Shown here: one piece after another, positions 28,942 through 35,462 of the stretch
Layout: the number at the start of each line of letters is the position of its first letter
How positions within the stretch are numbered: the stretch's first letter is position 1
NCBI GenBank assembly: GCA_000934665.2
Contig: JYFJ02004028.1
Location: 1-35,462 of the forward strand
DNA: 35,462 bases
Direction: 5' to 3'
Origin: Catajapyx aquilonaris
Lineage: Eukaryota
Program-made: the position numbers and the translations under genes
The notes under the pieces: generated by a model
The model's input: only the letters and a program-made list of their open reading frames with translations
What the model was told of the DNA's origin: nothing
The model's database searches: none

Positions 28942-30794
28942 TATAATACAACGTTATCCTGCAGCTACTCTTTTCCAATGTCAGTAACATAATTATCCTG
29001 AAAGGGAGAGAGAGAGAGAGATGACTGGGAGGAGGGAGGGGTATACTATGTTTAAAGAGTTGATGTTTGTGCATTTCTCTGCATAAGTATATGCGTAAGT
29101 ATATTCATGTAGATGCCAACTTTTTTTTATTAAGAAAGAAAAGACAAGGTTGGGATCAAATGCAGGCCTTCTCTGATCCATGTGCGTGAACAATCCCACT
29201 GTATCATTTCATTTATCTAGCAGATATGTTTTTTGATGGACTGCAAGGGTAGTTCACAAGTTGTTTTTTCATATGGAAAATTATTAGGGTGGTGAAAGTG
29301 AAGATTTTGGTAACACTCAAGTAGATGGCTTGCCCAGTTCAGATACTGAATATTTTAAAACTGGGTGCACTGTGGCATGTGCGAAAAAATTACCACATGA
29401 ATCCGTGAATATTTTGCCTAAAATCTCATCTGAAGCATAAAAAGGAAAGGATTCTGATTTCAAAATGTACCGTATGTGAAATAAGGGTGCAGTGTAACCA
29501 CGTTTGAAGTTGTCATTTTCAAACTTTTGGCTGTGGTCAAAAATAGGTCAGACAATATGTAGCCAAAATATTATGACTTTCCAAAGATGGCAAGGTTTTC
29601 AGCCCTTGTCAACATGTGGATCACAAAGACATCAAGGAAGTATGGTGATCAACTGAGCAGTGCTAACAATGAAGAGTGACCAAGTGTTATTTTATTGCAC
29701 CAAATGTTGATAGTTTTGCATCCTTCTCTTCAGCTTCTAGCCTTATTCTTACTGACAGTTGAGTTTGGTTTGAGCCTTGTTGTACTGGGAGCATTATTAT
29801 GGACACTAGCAAGTACTGTACAAGGTTTTATCAAATGAAAGTGGATCAGTGAACAATATGCAGACATGGTTATGAATAAGTCCAGGAACAAATATGCTAA
29901 AATTTTGATAAGGTCTCATCTACTCAGACCAAATTTTGTTGCTATCAAGAGTGGCTGGAGAGAAAGGAAACTAAACAGTTTAGTGTGCTGAAGAGACCTG
30001 GGCTAATTGCCCTAATTTACCTTTGCCTAGGGCATGTACTACATTGCTTAAAAAGATGAGACATGTTGAGACATTATTGAATTTTGCTTCCATGCAAAAG
30101 CTTCCCAATCCTTTTGAGCGCTATATAGTATAGAGTCCACTTTTATTAACTTATATGCAACATTGTATTACTGGGAATCGAGAGAGATATATATTCGACT
30201 ATAAACACTAATATTATTGGTGTGTGCAATGTACAGTGGTACCGAGTAAAGAAGTGCAAGCTAGAATTGTGAATTAAGTGCAGTGATATGAGATACAATG
30301 ATTGCAATGTGAGGAACTCGCAATTTTTTCAAATGGTCACAGGAAGTGATTGGAAAGTTGAGGATTGTCATTTTCTAACTTTTGGCTGTAAGTATTCTTG
30401 TGGTCAAAGATATTATGACTTTCCATCATGAGAGGTTCCTATGGGGTTTACTCTAAAAGTGGCGATGTCTGCTCCAGTGATATTGAATGGGGGCGTAGGC
30501 AAGATTATGATTTGCCACTTCACATTTGCATTGGAGCAGGGACACCACCAGTTTTACACTGAACTCATTGGCACTCCTCGTAATGAAGTACAGGCAGTCA
30601 CTGACTTACGTAGCTACAAAATATTTAGATTCGGACTTATGTAACAATTTTCCAATCTGCGAAAAAATCTACAGAACAATATGGTAAGATTGGTAACATA
30701 AAATCCTGGAAATTGGCAGCAGTATAAACATTTGTCATTTGAAAAAATTTGGATCCTGCAGATTCCCTATGACATGCTGTAGAATGCTTTAAAA

Positions 30795-31731
30795 TCTATA
30801 TTTATATTTTAGTTCGTTTGTGAGTTTGTGAGTTTGGATGTTTGTCCCTTATAGAAATCCAGGGGAAGGCCCTTACACCGCCTTAAATTAGCATATCGGG
30901 GGTTACATTTTCCAAGGAATCTAACGCCGCATGTTTCAGCTTCCGAAAATGAACCTTACTCCCACAACACGCATATTCCCGAATCTTCCCCTACTCGCGC
31001 CTCAATAATTAACATAATTACATCAACTTCTATAGCAACAATGACAATTTATCTTTTCCCAAGTTCGCAATCCCATGGAAATGCCCTTATGCACAATACC
31101 TATCAAAGTAATGCATTTGCATTGCATCTATATATCTTGCGCCTCTTTTTTTTTACAAGTCCCATCGCCGTAAATTATTCAACTCATCCGCCAATTACGC
31201 TAATTGGCCACCTCACGTGAGTTCATATGGTATGGTCATTCTGGGATTTTGTAGATTTGAAATTAGATTTCTCGACACAAATAAATACAAGAAAAATGAT
31301 TTTTTTTTTAAATTACGCAGTGTTGAAAACAAAATTTCCCACCAGGCATCGGTATATATATTTCTCAAGTTCTTCAGGGCAAACAGTTGGAAAGAGGTGG
31401 GGGTGTGAGGTGGGGTTGAGGGGTCATGGGGTCAAATATTCTGGGGAAAAAAACATGGCTGTGCAGTCTTTTCCTGGGACAACTCCATCCTCATTCCTCT
31501 TTTTACACATCTAATCAGAATGTCTACATTGACTACGCTATAACCAAAGCAGACAATCTATCACAGATAGTGACAAACTTTGCCTTATTGTAACTTGGCC
31601 TTATTTTAAGGTGTATCGAGTTCCAGTGTATGGAACGCAAATTTTACAAACAAACAAACTTCCTAAAATATATGTACCTGTACCTTTAACAGCATCCCAA
31701 CATACCCGGGCAACGCCGGGTAACCTGCTAG
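30795..31731 (+). mobile_element. Non-autonomous Helitron
   Basis: 5' A|TC start, (GTTTGTGA)-type microsatellite near the 5' end, 3' hairpin TACCCGG-GCAACG-CCGGGTA (31703-31722) just before terminal CTAG|T; no TSD. Confidence 0.85.
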
Positions 31732-32467
31732 TATTATTAGAAATTTTATGTACGATTAGAGTTTGTTGGATTACTTCTAAGTTCTAATAGATGCGGCAAC
31801 ATGGCTTGATTGATTTTGTAAAGAGATTAATACTTTTATTCAACAGTTTTGCCTAGATAATCAAGTCAATAACAGTGGGGTTCAAAGATGAGTTGGCCTG
31901 AAGCCAGAGCCATTGATATCCCCAATGCGATGCATTCTTTCATTGGTGCATGCCAGAGCACTGTGCAGTTGATTAGTCATGCCTCTTGGTTGAAGAGTCT
32001 TTTCATCACATGGAGTTGAATTATATGCATGCACAGTTTATTAGTGTTTCATACAATTTGGTGAGAAATACAGTAGATATTAAAATGACATTTCAATTTG
32101 GTAGATGAGCAACATGTTGTGAGTTGGGAGTTAGAACTGCTCCCATTTCTCCTAATGCTGCACGAATGCCACTTAAATATGTAGGTGGGTACATACTTAC
32201 AGGGGCTCAGCTTGGGATGGTTTTTGTCTTGCCTGTCACATTGGCATCTGGAGCCTAGTGACAGTACAGAATGCAAGTAGCCCAGCCGTTTTACGACACT
32301 TCAATTAATGACCTTTTCAAAATACCTTTACGAATAGAAAATTTTTAACAAAATTTAAAGTAATAAAAAATTCTAAATGGCAACACATCTGTCACAATGA
32401 CTGTGAGTCCAACCACACAATAGAGGCTTCTTTGTGTTTTTAGTGGTGTATTGTGGCAGGGTGTATA

Positions 32468-32895
32468 CAGGGTGAAGGGAAACTCGCAGACAATCGCCAG
32501 GTAGACTGATAGTACTCGGAAAACTAATATAGGGATGTGCAATTCGTTTTGGGCTCCAGTGTGTAGTTAATGCGTATGCCGCCGTCAAAGTTTCGTGACG
32601 TCACATCTGTTCTGCCAGCTTCTAAGAAGCAAAAGTCAGTTCGAGGGCCTCTGGTCCCCTAACACATCGTCCATGTGCAAAAAGGATCAAATCCCGTCAG
32701 AGTAAGAATCCAGGTACGACACCCAGGCACTTTGTCGTCTTTGCATAATATTTTACCATTCGGCCGTCTATACTTTAAAGGCACCGTATGCATTAACTAC
32801 ACAATGGAGCCAAAAACTGATGTTACATCCCTATATTTGTTTGGGCAGTACTATCAGTCTACCTGGCTATTGTCCACGAGTTTCCCTTCACCCTG
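32468..32895. mobile_element. Tc1/mariner-type MITE
   Basis: TA-CAGGGTGAAGGGAAACTCG / CGAGTTTCCCTTCACCCTG-TA; arms about 120 bp. Confidence 0.9.
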
Positions 32896-33121
32896 TAGAT
32901 ATAAACCGATATAAACCGTACTGTATTATTGGTCTGTGCACTTCCTGAAGTACTGAAGCCTTTGTTACAGTACACTATGTTATTGCAGTTCTTGACAAAT
33001 AAGGGAAAGGAACCGTAGAACCCAATGACCCTCAGCCTGGAACCTTTCATTAAATGTATAAAGTATAAAAGAGAGAAATTTTAGTACAGTACATGGGAAA
33101 ATTCAGAACCTATCCCATTTA

Positions 33122-33386
33122 TTTATTTATTTTTATTTTTATTTTACCCCATTGGGAGAATCGGCGCTCCATCAGGGGGGTGGAATACCACCATTGAATT
33201 GGGCCAAGGATAGGGCAGGAAGGAAGCGGCTGTGGCCTATTATACGGAACCGACTCCGGAATTATCCTGGGGGGACCATGGGAAACCACCAAAAACCACG
33301 GTCAGGATCGCCGGCCCCGGGTATCGAACCCAGGACCTCCCGATTAGCAGTCGGACTCCTTAACCACCACACCAATCTGCTTCGGT
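33122..33386 (-). mobile_element. tRNA-derived SINE, same head as 20203 family but different 3' region
   Basis: Reverse complement starts ACCGAAGCAGATTGGTGTGGTGG..GGTTCGATACC; (AAAT)n-type tail; 12-bp TSD CTATCCCATTTA at 33110-33121 and 33387-33398. Confidence 0.9.
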
Positions 33387-33573
33387 CTATCCCATTTAAT
33401 TACATTGTCATTTGGTCTGTTTGAGGGCATTTCCTGGGCATGTCACTTTATGATCATGGTTTGCTGGAACCTAATACCATCATAAAATGGGGCTAGTACC
33501 TGTATTATGAACAGAATTTTTTCCCAAAACAGCAGAGGTACCTGCCACGTAAAGGTATAGTGTAAAACGTCTG

Positions 33574-34061
33574 CAGTTAAATCCAGATAACTTGAATACC
33601 GATAACACGAAATTCTTGATAAGTCGAAGAATTGGACTTGGCGGATTCTCCATACATGTAATGTGAATTGAATTCCGACAACTCAATTTTCTCAATATGT
33701 CGAATATATTTTGTGAACTCCGCAGCACTTTCACTATTAATAAGTCGAATTTTGTCAAGACCGGGGAATTTCCAAGTTGGGCAAACATGTGGTATGATTC
33801 ACTCTTGGAGATTTCCACCCCAGCTGGGTAATTCTCGAAAAGCCATGAAGGAATGCACAAAGCCCTCTGAAAGCCACGTGTTTTAAGCTCCCTTTCCTGT
33901 AGGTAGTGACTCATGCATATTGTGGTGGTGACATGCCTTTTGCCTCACAGCAGTCAGAGACCCTAGTCTACAGTCGTCTAGCGGTCACTTGCAATCGTGT
34001 CCCAGTAGTGAGACGCATACTGGAGGTGTTTAATTTGTGCGGGTGCTGTTTTCCCCACCAT

Positions 34062-34121
<60 letters not shown>

Positions 34122-34470
34122 TCATACCCCGTTATCAGCCTATCGGCTCTTTAGGGGGGAAGTTTTGTTTTGCCTGGAACTCTTTGCTTTCATTTTACTG
34201 CGCTTTTTGGGACAGGATAGGGACGGAAGGAAGCGGCTGTGGCCTATTAATTACGGAAGCAACTCCGGAATTTTCCTGGAAGGACCGTGGGAAACCACAG
34301 AAAACCACGGTCAGAGTTGCCGGCCCCGGGATTCGAACCCAGGACCTCCCGATTAGCAGTCGGACGCCTTATCCACTATGTCAACATGCTTCGGTGTTTT
34401 CCCCACCATATTCGAAAAGTCGAATTTTTCCCTCAGTCCCATGGTGGTTCGAGCTATCGGGATTTCACTG
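33574..34470. mobile_element. pogo/Tigger-like MITE interrupted by a SINE
   Basis: CAGTTAAATCCAGATAACTTGAA / TTCGAGCTATCGGGATTTCACTG-TA inverted termini; subterminal ATAAGTCGAA repeats. Confidence 0.78.
34065..34395 (-). mobile_element. tRNA-derived SINE (20203 family) with long (ATT)n tail
   Basis: Aligns end to end with 20203-20484; 17-bp TSD GTTTTCCCCACCATATT at 34048-34064 and 34396-34412. Confidence 0.92.
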
Positions 34471-34867
34471 TAGTTAATAGTCGCCTTTTAGGAAGCTCAG
34501 CATTTCACAGGATGCAAGGGTCAGTCAGGTGAAAGTGAGCTATGTAACTCTACGCAAGCATGGATATGATACAGTAAGTTCAAGTAAAAAGTATGTGAAA
34601 AATTAGGACACATCTCATCTACCAGTGCAGATAATTTGATTTACCATCCACGTGGTAGGAGAGCCAGAAGATTCTCAAGGGGACTCCTGAGCAGACCTTA
34701 CCAGGTCCAACCACCACAAGGGTGGGAGGCATGGAGTGACATGGGATAGACAGAGAAAGGTGGAAGAATAAGATTCAGTGATGGATTGTAATGCATGGTT
34801 TATTCCAGTGTAGCATACTCACCAGGACCACTGAGGTACCTGTCCCACTGCTGGACCAAATGTTTTA

Positions 34868-35011
34868 AGCTGCATTTACATGCGAGCGATTTATCAGCAA
34901 TGAGACCAATGGTTTGGGGCGAAAATATATTGTTACCACCATGGTTACTTTTGCTCAGAGATGTACATCGCTGCAACATTACTGATAAATCGCTCGCATG
35001 TAAATGCGGCT
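34868..35011. mobile_element. PIF/Harbinger (Tourist-like) MITE
   Basis: TTA-AGCTGCATTTACATGCGAGCGATTTATCAG ... CTGATAAATCGCTCGCATGTAAATGCGGCT-TTA; 3-bp TTA TSD. Confidence 0.82.
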
Positions 35012-35021
35012 TTATACACAT

Positions 35022-35059
35022 GCCATAAAATTGCCACTGAACAGTGGCAATTTTATGGC
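35022..35059. repeat. Perfect 18-bp hairpin
   Basis: GCCATAAAATTGCCACTG-AA-CAGTGGCAATTTTATGGC. Confidence 0.9.
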
Positions 35060-35462
35060 CTCTGACAGGACCATCAGCAAAAGTAGACAGTGTACTGGAT
35101 GGTTGGTTCAGCAGTGGGATAAGCTCAGGTGGTCTTGGGAGTAGTACACATGAATAAACCATACATTCCAAGCTATATAATTGCATCTTATTATTTGGCC
35201 TTTCCCCCTCTATCACATGTCAATCCATGCCTCCCACCTTATAGCTGTTGGATCTGGTGAGGTCTGTGTGGATCCCTGTGGGAATATCTTCTGGTTCTCC
35301 TACCACATGGATGCTGACCCAGCTTGGTGTGCTGGTAGATGAGACATGCCCAGATTGTTCACATATCTACTTGCCCTGATCTGAAAATATTGGGACACCC
35401 CCAAAAAATGGAGTGGTGGGGTTATACACAGGATGTGATAAAAAGTTTCCATTAAGATTATC

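Larger units (their letters stand above)
34581..35373. repeat. Large degenerate inverted repeat with RTE-LINE-like 3' arms
   Basis: Arms about 34581-34860 and 35102-35373 are complementary throughout (e.g. CATCCACGTGGTAGGAGAGCCAGAAGAT / ATCTTCTGGTTCTCCTACCACATGGATG); peptide traces YHPRGRRARR, ADLTRSN, DRERWKNKI. Confidence 0.75.

Noticed and set aside
24181..35462. ZIP11 truncation or pseudogene
   Set aside because: Existing exons are intact with good splice sites; missing exons are most simply beyond the window, given the long introns.
35428..35462. Possible mariner-like terminus CAGGATGTGATAAAAAGTTTCC
   Set aside because: Cut by the window edge; no partner end available to confirm.

Overview
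Eukaryotic (insect/arthropod-like) genomic DNA, not prokaryotic; most ORFs in the supplied track are spurious or exon/transposon fragments. Three spliced housekeeping genes can be reconstructed by hand with GT-AG introns and consistent phases: a complete NARFL/CIAO3 (Nar1-like cytosolic Fe-S assembly factor, + strand, 8 exons, 472 aa, 285-2957), a complete TVP23/FAM18 Golgi membrane protein gene (- strand, 7 exons, 217 aa, 12114-4935) and the first four coding exons of a ZIP11/SLC39A11-like zinc transporter (+ strand, from 12712, continuing past the window). TVP23 and ZIP11 are head-to-head, with about 600 bp between start codons. Introns and intergenic DNA are packed with non-autonomous elements: tRNA-derived SINEs with clear TSDs, Tc1/mariner-, pogo/Tigger-, hAT-, piggyBac- and Harbinger-type MITEs, and a Helitron. 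The most unusual pattern is that many decayed elements survive as fold-back palindromes in which the same piece of transposase (3' end, 5' end or an internal motif), or even a LINE-like 3' end, is present twice in inverted orientation. I see no CRISPR array, rRNA, intact tRNA gene or intact transposase, and no clear evidence of a new protein-coding system. Coordinates were counted by eye, and family names rest on remembered motifs, not database searches.
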